Positions 25,301-38,100 of a DNA stretch of 64,000 nt are shown here, one piece after another. Origin of the DNA: Laetmonice hystrix (lineage: Eukaryota); NCBI GenBank assembly GCA_965235115.1, contig OZ249436.1, forward strand, positions 2,668,001-2,732,000, in the 5' to 3' direction. Position 1 is the stretch's first letter, and each line of letters starts with the position of its first letter. Below the pieces are notes generated by a model. That model made no database searches. It worked only from the letters and a program-made list of their open reading frames with translations, and was not told the DNA's origin. The position numbers and the translations under genes were made by a program.

Positions 25301-28300
25301 GTGTTTATGAAAAACATAAAGTTATAACCATGTAGCCATGCCACTCCTGCCAGACTCTGAAAGATTTCGCTGCGTCAGACATGTCCCCAACCTGTTCTTT
25401 TTTTCTGGCAGGAGTTGAGGGAAGGAGTTGAGAAAGAGGGTCAAGAAACCGGGCGGGATCCACTTTTACTGATGGCAGCTGTCGCCGCTAGGAAATCAAC
25501 GATCGATGCCGGATACGAAATTCAGAAGATATCTCAGTAAGAATAATTACAGACCTACTTCATACAACCCGATCCGACTCTCCATCGACGCATTGTTAAT
25601 CAATTATGAGTCACGTTGCGTCGTGTCTGTCGCGTCGCGTGTGTCGCGTCGCGGCTAGGGACCTGGGTCAGACTGAGACTGCAGTATTTAACGTTTTAAC
25701 ACGTAGGCCCCAACAACACATTTATTTAAATAACTATTTCATATCTTCAATTATCCTCACTTGAACCTACATCACCAATGTACAAATATACGCATCCTCA
25801 ATATCCACACATATAAGGAATTTTCAGTTCTCCTACACCGGATTATCCCAACAAACCCTAGATTATACAAGTGGGGACTGATGGAAAGCAACAAATGTTC
25901 CTTTTGTTCCTTGAAAGAAGAGTCATACTCTCATTTATTTGTAAAATGCAAGCATGTGAAGACATTCTGGCTAGAAGTGTCCGAAATGATCCGCAAAAGA
26001 TTGGGGACCACCATTAGTTACAATGAGACGGAGACAGTGCTGGGGACACCAATGTATGTGGAACCGATAATGGACCTTGTACTAATTGTGGGAAAAATAC
26101 ATATCAACCAATGCAAATATATGAATACCAGACCGGATATACAGATAGAACGTTTTCTGAGAAGAATTGAACAGATCGAGAAAATTGAACACCAAATAGC
26201 TCTAAAGAACAACAAATTAGAAACCCATGGAAAGAAGTGGTCGATGAATCAATTAGACCCTTGACATTATTCATTGTACTCTGTACTTTGTTTAAATATG
26301 GAAATGATACTCGCAGATGTTACAGCGAGCCCTTGGTAAAAAAAACTGACCCAAGTTGCTGAAATAAAGATCATTAAAAAAAAAAACAATGTACAAATAT
26401 CCCCAGTACACATGTACACGTATATAATAGTTCAATTCGCCATGAATCAGGTCTCTAGACTTTATCAACGTGATGGCGTATGATATGAACGGAGCCTGGA
26501 ATAAATGGACCGGCCACAATTCTCCACTGTATGAGCGATCGGACGAATCGGGTCTTAACGCAACTCTCAATATGGTAAGTTTTCAATTTATAGTTTCCTG
26601 AGATTGACTCATATCTTTTCAGCCTTTTACGTTTTGATAAAGTTGCTATAGTATACAGGGTTCGTGCTAGCCACTCGCCAAATCGCCACTGGCTACCAAT
26701 CTGGCGAGTCCAATTCTTGTTTTGGCGAAACGTTTGGCGAACTAGGTTATGCCCTAGACCCAAAAATGTTGTCTGGCAGGGCCACAAGCGGCCTACACTG
26801 ACTGGGCCTAGGCTGGTGAAAGCCAAAGAACTATACATTGTGCCGTTCTAAGACTATGCCTACTGCATGCCACTCACAACCTAGCTCCGCCCACTGCCTC
26901 CCCACTGCACTGTGTAAATTATTATTAATTGGCTAAAAGTTAAAAGATGTTCTGGCCTAGCTCTAACCTTGGATATATGATTAAAATAGAGCATTATTTG
27001 CCCATATTTAGTGAAACTATATGCAGTGTATACTAAAACATGTACACGTGTGTAAGGACATTATCCTACCTGTAAAACAGTCTATGCTTTACTCTGGGTA
27101 GCAATGTGCCATTGTTGGGCCACAGTTTATGCTTTACTTTGGGTATAGGAATGGGCCGCCAAACGTTGGGCCGACTTCATGATGGACAAACGGAAACTTG
27201 TGATCGGTATGGCCTTTTATGGACGCAGCATGCAGCTTGATGACTTCAGGAAACACGACCTTGGCGATGCCATTAAAGGTTCCGCTGCCAAAGGGCCATT
27301 CACCAACGAGGCGGGCTTCTGGTCCTACTACGAGGTAATACTATTATCCCCCGTGGTAACTGCCACGAACGGGAGGGTATAGAGGTTCGGGTTAGGGTTA
27401 GGGGAAGGGTTAGGGATAGGGCTAGGAATTATAGGGATAACAGGGGGTCCGCGGGGCCTCCCGGGAAAATTGCTCTTTTTTTATTGAATTTGGCACTAAC
27501 CGGCCACCGTACTTTGTTCTCGGTGTAACATTATTCAAGTTTGTAACGTTTACCGGTAGATCTCCATGGTAACGTCTTGACCACATAATCATTTTCGAAA
27601 ATGCGTTTGTCTTTAGCTTGTGAATACGTCGTTTTCGATTTGTATTTGTGGTTTTTATTTTGTAAACGTGTTTTGGGCTGTTGGATTTATGGTTTTATGT
27701 TTGCGTTCGTTATAATGTATTTGTCTTTTTATATTTGTATTTGAGTTTGGCACTAACCGGCCATCGTAACAAAGTGATTACACAGCAAAACTACTTGTCA
27801 CATGCGTTCTTCCCTTAATAGCCACACAGATAAGTTTCGAGCCAATGACTGTGCCGCAGTTCTTATAAGACAAAATGCCTGGTGCTGCATTCTGTGCTTT
27901 TAAAAATGTATTCATTTAATTTAGTTTATGTCTTATGTTTTTCTAGATATGTAAGATGTTTTACGAGAGCAAGCTGATTGGCTACACGTGGCATACTGAA
28001 CACAAGGTGCCATACGCGTGGGGTAACGTTAGTGGCGTGGCCTCCTGGGTCGGCTACGATACCCCAAAGAGTCTCGAGATTAAGGTATAGACCGTTCGTT
28101 CCCACCAACTGGGAACCCTTCGGTATATATTACTGCCCTAAAGGGGAACCCCAGCCCGGGGAAAGTAAATGTTTTTAATGTGCCATAAAATAACCATGAA
28201 AAATATTCAATGTGCCATAAAATAACCATGACAAGTATTCAATGTGCCATAAAATAACCATGAAAAGTATTCAATGTGCTATAAAATAACCATGACAAGT

Positions 28301-31120
28301 AGTCAATGTGCCATAAAATAACCATGACAAGTATTCAATGTGCCATAAAATAACCATGACAAGTAGTCAATGTCCCATCTATAAAACAAACCCAAGAATT
28401 TCCTTTAATTTAACCTTTTCTATTCCCTCAGTGTGGTATAGTGGTTTTTGCGTGCGTGAAATTTTCGCGAAATTCTGCCGCACGCGGCGACTTACGCAAA
28501 AATCTCACTACGCGAATATTAGTAGTCTGGTCCAGTAAGACCTGGGCTCGTTTTTTATAGTTTACTTTTCCACCCTAAGCAAGAGTGAACTGAGCTGAGC
28601 TCATCCTCACCCTTGTTTAGCTTAGCTGACCCATGCTCAGGGTGGGAAAGTACACCAAAAAATAACCCTGGCTCTGTAATCCTACACTGTAAAAGAATTT
28701 CTTGTAATATTTACATTAAGTTACTGGCAGCTCATTCGCCAATAACTTAATGTGAAAATTGCAGTAAAAATTCTTTAATGTAAACACCAATTACAGGAAA
28801 GCTAAATAACTGTAATTTTATTATCGTACCTCCCAGGTTGATTGGGTCAAATCGAACAATTACGGAGGTGTCGGGGTGTGGGCCCTGGACCTAGATGACT
28901 TTGACGGCAGTCAGTGTACTAATGAGGGTAAATACCCCCTTCTTCGGGCAATCGTTAACAGACTTGGTGGACCGCCTCTGACTTCGGTCAACCCTCCTGA
29001 AACAACCAGGTAAGGACATCACCTCAAACCTTAAGTACCTGTAGGCCTATATGTATATGGCTTAGACCTTGACCTTTTGCCATTAATTAATAGGTATATG
29101 GGTCAAGGGGTTAAGGACAATTAACTTAGAAGGGATAATACCCGAGGTTCCTGGCTCACACACCCGAAATTTCCTGGCTCACCACACCCGAGGTTCCTGA
29201 CTCACCACACCCGAGGTTCCTGACTCACCACACCCGAGGTTCCTGGCTCACACACCCGAGGTTCCTGGCTCACATACCCGAGGTTCCTGGCTCACATACC
29301 CGAGCCTGGCTCACATACCCGAGCCTGGCTCACCACACCCGAGGTTCCTGACTCACATACCTGCGGTTCCTGGCTCACATACCCGAGGTTCCTGGCTCAC
29401 ATACCCGAGGTTCCTGGCTCACACACCCGAGGTTCCTGGCTCACATACCCGAGGTTCCTGGCTCACATACCCGAGGTCCCTGGCTCACACCCCCGAGGTT
29501 CCTGGCTCACATACCCGAGGTTCCTAGCTCACCACACCCGAGGTTCCTGACTCATATACCCAAGGTTCCTGACTCATATACCTGAGGTTCCTATAAATTA
29601 GTTCATATCTGAGGTTCCTTGAAAAGTTGTGACATCATAATTAATACCATGCATTTCAGATTTACGGGAGAGCCGGCCACAACGCCCACCCCACCTGGAA
29701 GGCTATCCACCACGCTTCCTGATGTTCATGGTTAGTGGGGGCCGCTGCCAAAAGTCACTTTTTTTTCTTCTTTTGAATTTCTTATTGAATTTCGGCCCTT
29801 ACACAACAAGAGTGCCTGTCTCGGTGGGCCTATTGTGCAGTCACGCATTCAGATAAAGTAGACTCAACATGACATATACGTAGTTCAAAGAACATATAAA
29901 CATAGTGACATATAAACACACATGTAGGCCTACACCCTTTTATTTAAAATTTCCCCTGGACTGAAATTGTTCCAATTTGATTTGATCTCACAATGATTAT
30001 GCTTGAAAGAAACCCCCTTCAAGCGCCATCTAGTGGGTCACTAAAACATTGAAGTTTAACACGTGGTCCATACCTTCGATAATGGTTGGCTCATAATATC
30101 TATGAGTGCATCACCCCCCCCCCCCAACTTTGAATAGCTTCCGACACCCCTGCGCCACTGATGGGGGCCTTAGTATACACTGGGGGATCCAGGGGGGCCC
30201 AAGGGGCCCGGGCCCCCCTTAAATTTTCCTTTTCCCCGCTTTTTTGTACAAAGATGCATTATTCGGACCCTGAAACCAGTATTCCAACAAAATTCTGTAA
30301 ACAAAAGCCTCCTATATTGTACGTGATAGCAACATCGGGCCCAATAGGGCCTCCTCAGTCATCCAGGAGCAACATAACTTTGGGTCATGCAGCATTGAAA
30401 TAGACCAAAAGGGGCCCAAAATGGCCATGATTACAATAAAATCATGCAGAGCGTAGCGAGGCTAAAAAACTTTTTAGGTGGGCCCCCCCCCCCCTTATCA
30501 AAATCCTGGATCCCCCACTGGTATATTAAGAGAGTATTGTACAATAATGCTTTAAAGGGAATAGAAAAGTTCCTCACAAACTTACCTTTGAACACCAGTA
30601 ACACCATTTTAAGTGTCTAAGGTCACACCGATAAGTGGAACACTTTCAACGGCGACTTTTAAAAAAAACCGCCCGGGTCATTCGCTATTTCCCAGGCGAG
30701 ACAGCGGGAGCTATATCTATTAATAGATTGAGATAACTGCCAAGTAGGGTAAACAAACCGAAGAAGCCAGCGGGAGAATGTCTCTACATTTCGGTTGATT
30801 ATTCCTTTATTAAAGATCAGATAATCACAGAAATGTAGGTAAGAATAAGCTTGTTCATGCTGAATATTGATATATATTGATAGTTTGAACTTTTCTAGTC
30901 ACTTTAATAATCTTCAGATTGTCGAACACTCTGCCAAATGGTGAAACCCGGAAACTACCCGCACCCTAGCGGTGATAAGACGAAGTACTGCCAGTGTAGT
31001 CCATCAGGCTGGGTGGATCGCGAGTGTCCTCCGGGGACGGAGTTCGACCCCACGTTAGATCGGTGCGAATGGTCCAAACGCCGCGTCGGAAGCTCCCTTG
31101 AAGAGATCGAGACGGGATGA
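22375..31120 (+). CDS. GH18 chitinase 2 (secreted, chitin-binding domain), 504 aa
   Basis: Exons 22375-22432, 23891-24074, 24714-24966, 25412-25536, 26451-26574, 27149-27334, 27947-28084, 28837-29009, 29660-29730, 30918-31120; 1515 nt in frame; same intron phases as chitinase 1; [11 protein letters not shown] intact. Confidence 0.94.
22492..23353. mobile_element. PIF/Harbinger-like MITE
   Basis: AGCCTCCGTCACACTTTCCCGGA / TCCGGGAAAGTGTGACGGGGGCT TIRs, TAA TSD; absent from the paralogous intron near 41660. Confidence 0.85.
23387..23927 (+). repeat. 44-47-bp tandem copies of the intron/exon 2 boundary of chitinase 2
   Basis: (ATTATTACAG|ATTACGTAACGGTGTGTTACTACACGAACTGGTCTCA)n, 12 exon-start copies; the last continues into the exon. 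Confidence 0.95.
24408..24619. repeat. 19-bp minisatellite, ~11 units (single unit in chitinase 3)
   Basis: (GTGATTGGCACTGCCTGTA)n. Confidence 0.95.
24963..25268. repeat. 60-bp higher-order repeat of ~20-bp subunits starting at the exon 3 donor
   Basis: Five 60-bp units here, two at 42971-43097. Confidence 0.9.
25790..26386 (+). mobile_element. 5'-truncated non-LTR retrotransposon (L1/Tx1-like 3' end)
   Basis: ORF with C-x2-C...H...C motif (CSFC..ESYSHLFVKC), AATAAA at 26363, A11 tail, 14-bp TSD CAATGTACAAATAT (25776-25789 / 26387-26400); empty site at ~43589. Confidence 0.92.
29140..29620. repeat. 20-21-bp minisatellite in chitinase 2 intron 8
   Basis: (ACCCGAGGTTCCTGGCTCACAT)-like unit. 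Confidence 0.95.
30022..30036 (-). promoter_or_regulatory. CTCF-like motif
   Basis: Reverse complement reads CCACTAGATGGCGCT, matching the bilaterian CTCF core; motif match only. Confidence 0.45.
30178..30520. mobile_element. MITE with 5-bp TSD; same family as 55738-56059
   Basis: CACTGGGGGATCCAGG / CCTGGATCCCCCACTG, GTATA on both sides; empty site at ~48311. Confidence 0.85.
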
Positions 31121-31539
31121 AACTATGGAGTTTGACACCCGTACCTTTGAAGCCTTCGTACTGAATAATAAAAGTTCGGATTGCTGATATGGCCGATGAG
31201 CAGTCAGTAGTCGATACCCTCCTATAGGTCTCTCTATACCCACTAGGTCTCTCTGTACCCCCTAGATCTCTCTATACCTCCTAGGTCTCTCTATACATCC
31301 TAGGTCTCTCTATACCCCCTATAGGTCTCTCTATACTCTATGTCCTGACATAGGCCTAGAGTTTCATGCAGGCAGGGCCTGACTGAGACACATAAAAGAA
31401 ATAAAATAGAATTAATAAATCACTGAGATTATGAATATAAATTATAATAGGCCATGTGTCTGCATTTAGGTCTTCATCGCCGTGCAGACTCAAGTTGAGG
31501 CGTTACTGGCTACTGACCCTACATGCAATACTGCCTATA

Positions 31540-31696
31540 CAGTGGCGTAGGAAGCTGGGGGCAGAGGGGGCTGCCCCCCCCCCCTCCAATATTTATAAAA
31601 TGGCCGCAGGCTCAATGCAAAGCAATAGGCGAAAGTTATTGTGACGTCACTTCTGCCCCCCCCCCCCCAATATTTTTTTTCCTTCCTACACCACTG
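31540..31696. mobile_element. MITE, CAGTGGCGTA family, 5-bp TSD (paralog ~49572-49733)
   Basis: CAGTGGCGTAGGAAG / CTTCCTACACCACTG flanked by CTATA. Confidence 0.8.
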
Positions 31697-32544
31697 CTAT
31701 AGGCCCTAGTTAGATTGTTGGTGCCACCTGGCTATAGTTTCAAGAAAATGGTTAAGTTAAGTAAAGCTGGTGACCCACTATGCGATTTTGGCCCTGCGAC
31801 TTCTCTAAGCCTGCCTCAAGCCTGCCTCACACTACACGATTTTCTAACGATACGACAAGAATATCTGCGATGCGACAAGACAAAACAAATTTTCGTGTGT
31901 TGTCGGTGGTTATCGTAATTATCTGTTTTGCTGAAGACGCGCTCAATGGTATTAACATAGGAATTGCTGTTTCCAATGGAAAATGGACCTAATTCACAGA
32001 CGAATCACCACAACGTCTTTATTTTTACAGCAAATGTTCGCCTCTAGGCCTGGTACAAGATAACAAAAGCTCCGTTTGATGCCCCAGGTTGGACTGGAAT
32101 CTCTTATGCTGAGATGATGATGATGAAGATCATTTAGATCGTCAGAACGGACATAAGCTAGTTCCCGGCTCCCTCGCTAGGTGGCTCTGTCGAGTCGACC
32201 ACCGAGCCAACTGGCAAGGGAGCCGGGGATTCAGTATGTCGTAATTCCGACAAAGCTATGTCGAAATTACGACATAGTTTTGTCGTTATTATGACTTGCT
32301 CTATGATGTTATTACGACTTATTATGTGGTTATTACTACATAGCCATGTCGTCAGTAGGAAAGGGCATTATATTCGACTTAACTTTTCAGCACCTAGGCC
32401 CAGATAGACATTTTTAATTAGGTACGGTAGATATTGCGTTTATTTCGTTGAGTGCCCTCTGACGCTCAGCTAACAAGAATCGTGGAGGGTAGGACATGCA
32501 CGTATTGAAGTAGGCCAAGATCATTTCTTGTGACGTGCTGCCCA

Positions 32545-33720
32545 CATAGACTGACTGGCCTTATACTCGAGCAAACACTACAGTGAGGGCACCCTACATG
32601 TATTGAATGCCCTTGGGCTGGAGCAAACAATACAGTGAGGGCTCTCTACATGTATGGACTGGCCTCAGAATGGAGCAAACACTACAGTGAGGGCTGACCA
32701 CATGGACTGACTGGCCTTATACTCGAGCAAACACGTGAGGGCTCTCTACATGTATTGACTGCCCTTGGCCTGGAGCAAACACTACAGTGAGGGCACTCTA
32801 CATGTATTGAATGCCCTTGGGCTGGAGCAAACAATACAGTGAGGGCTTCCTACATGTATTGACTGGCATTGGTCTGCACCAAACACTACGGTGAGAGCTA
32901 CATACATTTATTGACTGAGCTTAGACTGAAGCAAACACTACAGTGAGGGCTCCCTACATGTATTGACTGCCCTTGGGCTGGAGCAAACACTACAGTGAGG
33001 GGTCACCACGTACTGACTGGCCTTATACTATAGCAAACACTACAGTGAGGGTTCTCTACATGTATTGGCTGGCCTTAGACTGGAGCAAACACTACAGTGA
33101 GGGCTTTCTACATATACTGACTGCGATTAGGTTGGAGCAAACACTACGGAGAGGGCTCCCTACATGTATTGACTGGCCTCAGACTGGAGCAAACACTACA
33201 GTGAGGGCTCCCAACATGTTGTGTCTGGCCTTATACTCGAGCAAACACTACAGTGAGGGCTCACCACATGTACTGACTGGCCTTATACTCTAGCAAACAC
33301 TACAGTGAGGGCTTTCTGCATGTATTGACTGGCCTTAGACTAGAGCAAATACTACAGTGATGGCTCTCTACATGTATTGACTGTGCTTGGGCTGGAGCAA
33401 ACACTACAGTGAGGGCTCCCTACATATATTAACTGGCCTTATACTAGAGCAAACACTACAGTGAGGGCTCTCTACATATATGGACTGGCATCAGACTGGA
33501 GCAAACACTGCCCACATGGACTGACTGGCCTTATACTCGAGCAAACACTAGAGTGAGGGCTCCCTCCATGTAACGACATATATAGACTGGCCTCAGACTG
33601 CAGCAAACACTACAGTGAGGGCTCCCTACATGTATTGAGTGGCGTCATATACTCGAGCAGACACTACAGTGAGGGCTATCTACATGTATTGACTGAGCTT
33701 AGACTGAAACAAACACTGTA
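32545..33720. repeat. Diverged ~54-56-bp minisatellite
   Basis: Repeated GAGCAAACACTACAGTGAGGGCTCCCTACATGTATTGACTGGCCTTATACTC. Confidence 0.92.
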
Positions 33721-33753
33721 GAGGACTATACAACTTTTCTGTTTAGGGACATT

Positions 33754-34248
33754 GGGTAAGGTCAAATCTAAAAGTTAAATGGGTGTTAACGCTAGGTATT
33801 AAGAAAGTGTTCTATAAATCGGAAATTTGACCTCGTCCTGGGTGTTTACTTAACACTGAGTTAACACTGTCTCAACAACGTGTTAACACCTAAAACACAC
33901 CTTGGAAACACCTAGATAACTCAGGTGTCCCTTTAATCTCAGTAAGGTCCCAGGTGTCTTTGGAATACCATAGAAAACCTATACATAAAGTGTTAACCGC
34001 CTGTGGGTTAACACCTGAGACAGGTCAAAACTCAGAGTCAAGCTTATTCCTTATTCCACTGGTAGGAGTGGCGACCAGGTGTGGCTGATGTGTCAGGAAA
34101 GTGTTACCTGAGTTTTTTCAAAGTATTAACAAGGTGTTGTCAAAATGTTAACTGGAGCCTGGTGTTAAAGGTCCAGGTTAACGCTTTTTCCTGAGATAAC
34201 ACCTGGATAATCCAAGCGTATAGTTAACTCTCATATTTGACCTCACCC
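33754..34248. mobile_element. Foldback/MITE inserted in a 335-bp repeat unit
   Basis: GGGTAAGGTCAAAT / ATTTGACCTCACCC termini interrupt GGACATTGTCAAAG; TSD is ATT or CATTG (ambiguous). Confidence 0.7.
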
Positions 34249-34942
34249 ATTGTCAAAGTAATTGGGTTACCCCTGATGCCCGTGCATTTCAAAAGAAAAA
34301 TACAGTGATACACGCCAGTGCCAGGATTACCTTTACAGTCAATGTTCGGTAGAAATCATGTGTAGCTCTATCTAGGAAAATATGGATTCCGTCTCATTTC
34401 GGAAGATGTGTGTAGGGGGGAGGGTCCATTGTCCTGCTCGACCACCAAAGCGCCTTTTTAGGGGAGTGGCGGTGGCCGAGTGGGCATGGGTGTCGACACC
34501 TTATGCTATGCGAATGGGTGCAGTAATCTTGGGGCCGGGGTTCGATTCCTGTAGAGGACTATACAACTTTTCTCTTTAGGGACATTGTCAAAGTAATTGG
34601 GTTACCCCTGATGCCCGTGCATTTCAAAAGAAAAATACAGTGATACACGCTAGTGCCAGGATTACCTTAACAGTCAATGTTCGGTAGAAATCATGTGTAG
34701 CTCTATCTAGGAAAATATGGATTCCGTCTCATTTCGGAAGATGTGTGTAGGGGGGAGGGTCCATTGTCCTGCTCGACCACCAAAGCTCCTTTTTAGGGGA
34801 GTGGCGGTGGCCGAGTGGGCATGGGTGTCGACACCTTATGCTATGCGAATGGGTGCAGTAATCTTGGGGCCGGGGTTCGATTCCTGTAGAGGACTACCCA
34901 ACTTTTCTCTTTAGGGACATTGTCAAAGTAATTGGGTTACCC
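34249..34942 (+). repeat. Two tandem 335-bp units carrying a tRNA-like Pol III A/B-box segment
   Basis: A box GGTGGCCGAGTGG and B box GGTTCGATTCC in each unit; no acceptor stem, so SINE-like rather than tRNA. Confidence 0.75.
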
Positions 34943-35093
34943 TAATAACGCAACGCACTAGGCCTATGTGTTCATAGCGCGCGTTGTCTGGCTCTAACAT
35001 CGTTTAATAAATTATTAACGCGCACCTATATTAGGGTCTGCGCTAACTTCTCATGCATTATGAAATATAAAGCTGGCAATTCTATGCGAAAAT

Positions 35094-35132
<39 letters not shown>

Positions 35133-38100
35133 AATTGCTTTGGCCTGGGATGAACTTGAACCAGGGCTCGTTTCACTAAGGCTGTAGTAGGCTCGTTTCT
35201 CTCTTCTCCATGTATTATATCTGTAGTGTGATTGGGAGGGGGCGGAAGACCAGTCATTGACTGAACCCCAATTCCCCAAATAAAAATTATCGCCAAAAAA
35301 AAACAAAAAAAAAAACCTGTCATTAATTTGTCGTGTCGAGTTTAACGCACGACCGGATAACGTTGGTGGGTTGTGAAAGGCGCCCCTGCTATTCCATGGT
35401 CCGCATCTAGTTAGGCCTATAGGCCTAGGCCTAGTTGCTATTTTGATTTTCTGGAAGCGTAAACCATCGAACACTGATCAATACGTGCCATAGTTACGAG
35501 CACAACATCGCGGCTGTAACTCGGGATGGCTTGGGACTTGTTTGAAATTTCCGCTTGCCAAGCATGTTCGTCCAAATGGGAAATACGTCACTTGGCATTG
35601 CGTAGCTTGCTGTTATTTCTACTCTAAATACATACCCCCTCTTAATAAACATTAAACTATAGCACGTATGTCCACATCATGTTGGTAGTAAGTATAGCAA
35701 TGGGGAAACGGTGCTGAATTCTGTGCTGGTAATTGTGGGGGGTTCCACCACGTGGGTCTCAGACGCCATGGCGGGTACGTGTGCTGCAGAGGCAAGGCCC
35801 GCACGGCGTACGGACGGGGGGTCCGGAGCGCAAGAAGGAACAGCCAGTTCCAGGACTGGGTCCTGTCGAAGCTTGTTCGCAGCGAGGTTGCCGACTTCCA
35901 CGATCTATCCGGATCTACCACTGGCCGGTGTCTGCGCCGAGTGGGTTCCCACTCAGTGTTTTGCAGTCAGAAGAAATGTTGGGATGTCCGGCAGACAACT
36001 GTGATGGGAGGCTCCTTCGCCTGCCTCTGGTCTAACCATGGATAAATAAACTCCGTGCAACACAAGGACATGTGTTTGTCTCCATGCTAATTATTGGTCT
36101 AATGTAAACTGGATCTTTGGTCACTTGAATACGAAACCGCCCGATTGCCAATGTAGCCACGCCCCTCCCGATAACAAGTTAATATAGCCACGCCCCCTCC
36201 CGATAACAAGCCAATATAGCCACGCCCCCTCCCCGACAACAGGCCATAAACCACGCCCCCTCCCCGACAACAAGCCATAAACCACGCCCCCTTCCCGACA
36301 ACAAGCCATAAACCACGCCTCCTCCCCGACAACAAGCCATAAACCACGCCCCTCCCCGATAACAAACCATAAACCACGCCCTCTCCCCGACAACAAGCCA
36401 TCAACCACCCGCATGGGCCGGGGGTGAGCAAGGGGGGCAGTTGACCCTGAATCGTCTGCTACCCCTGCGTTCACATAATATCATAATTAATCCCCCCCCC
36501 CCCAAAAAAAAACAAATATATTCTGCAGACGCCCATGACCATACCTCCTCTCCGATAACAAGCCACGCCCCTATAAACCACGCCACAATTATGGGTAATC
36601 AGTATTCCATTTCATATACGAATAGGCCTACGTAGTTTTGTGTAAACTCGCTGTATACACTGTTTAGTCGGTCGATTGCCCCGAACTAAGTAGAATCCGT
36701 GTATATGCGGGGTGTTTTTGCCAGGAATTATCAGACCATAATCAACCTCCCCGATAGTCAACCTCCCCGATAGTCAACCTCCCCGATAGTCAGCCTCCGA
36801 TTGCCTGATGTTTGCATGATTTCACAGAATGTGAGAGAGTTTGCGCCACGACACGACACGATTCCCTTGGGTCGTACGATTAATGAGTACCAGCTGACCT
36901 GTAATATCTTTCATTTGTTTTCTTCTTGAGGTGAATTAAATCGCAGAATGTGAGAGCTTACACGCTGCGACACAAGCCGAACCGACAGCACACGATATCG
37001 CTTTTGAAAATTCGAAAGCTGAAGTCCAGTACCGCACTGGAAAGGTGGAAGAAGAGTGGCGCTGTGCGGGTCTTCTTTTTAAAATGTTTTCCCAGAAATT
37101 ATCTAAAGTATCCGATAATGGCATAGTTCAGGCCTATAGAAATGCCATATTTCATGGTCCATGTTGATCTTTACCTTAACCAGTTATACCCTGGCAATTT
37201 CATGGACTTGAAAGTTGAATAAAGAAGCGGCCGGACGGAGAAGAAGAGGGAGAAGGGGAGAAGAAGGTATATTCAATGGCTATAATCAGCTAACCCACGC
37301 TTACATTGGGCCGTGAGTGATATGTAATCTGTGAGAGTGCTTTCCCCGAACGAACGAAGATTGCCGAAAGGACTCGAGTGTGAGAATGCAGCTAACTGTA
37401 TCGGTATGTACCACTTCCCGCACAATTGTAGCAACCACGTTTGTCATTTTTACCACTTGTGTCACAAGTCACCACTTTTGTCACACAAAATGCCCACTTT
37501 TGTCACAGGTCACCACTTTTGTCACACAAAATGCCCACTTTTGTCACAGGTCACCACTTTTGTCACACAAAATGCCCACAAGTGGTGCCGTCACAAAAGT
37601 GGGCGATTTTATGACAGGAGTGGGGACCTGTGACACAAGTGGTAAAAATGACAAAAGTGGTTGCTACATACAACCAATAATGTGGTCAGCAACTGTTGTG
37701 ACGTCATTTTAACCTCCTGTACGACACGCGGGAAAGGGCTAATTTTTTTTAAGGTGCTCTCACACTAGCGCTACGGAGCGATACGGTATGGTACGGTTTA
37801 GAGTTCGTAGTATACCGTACTTTACCGTAGTAGTCGTAGTAATGTCGTAGTAGGACCGTAGTAATCGTAGTAGGAACGTAGTAAGACCGTACCATCTTAC
37901 CGTAGTAAGGGGAAACCGTGGCGGAACCCAAAAAGTTTTTGTGCATGCACAAAATTTTTTTCAAATCCGTAGCAATCCGTAGCAAAAATGCGCACCGTAG
38001 TAAAACCGTACCAAAGTCGTAGTAAACCGTACCAAAACGTAGTAAAGCGTGACAATACCGTAGTGTGTTACGTTCTACTACGTTGTTCTACGTTTACTAC

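Larger units (their letters stand above)
18121..35909 (+). repeat. Tandem segmental duplication, copy A
   Basis: Collinear high identity with 36014-54326, from CCTTCGCCTGCCTCTGG (chitinase 1 3'UTR) to GATCTATC upstream of macroH2A. Confidence 0.95.

Noticed and set aside
24289..25344. Long repetitive ORFs (also 19426-19954, 53248-53733, 62714-63170)
   Set aside because: Artefacts of stop-free VNTR or microsatellite units.
27386..27426. TTAGGG-like tract (also ~44880 and 14260)
   Set aside because: Short and degenerate, inside small repeat elements; not a telomere.
34460..34560. tRNA gene
   Set aside because: A and B boxes are present but there is no acceptor stem or credible anticodon arm; treated as SINE-like.
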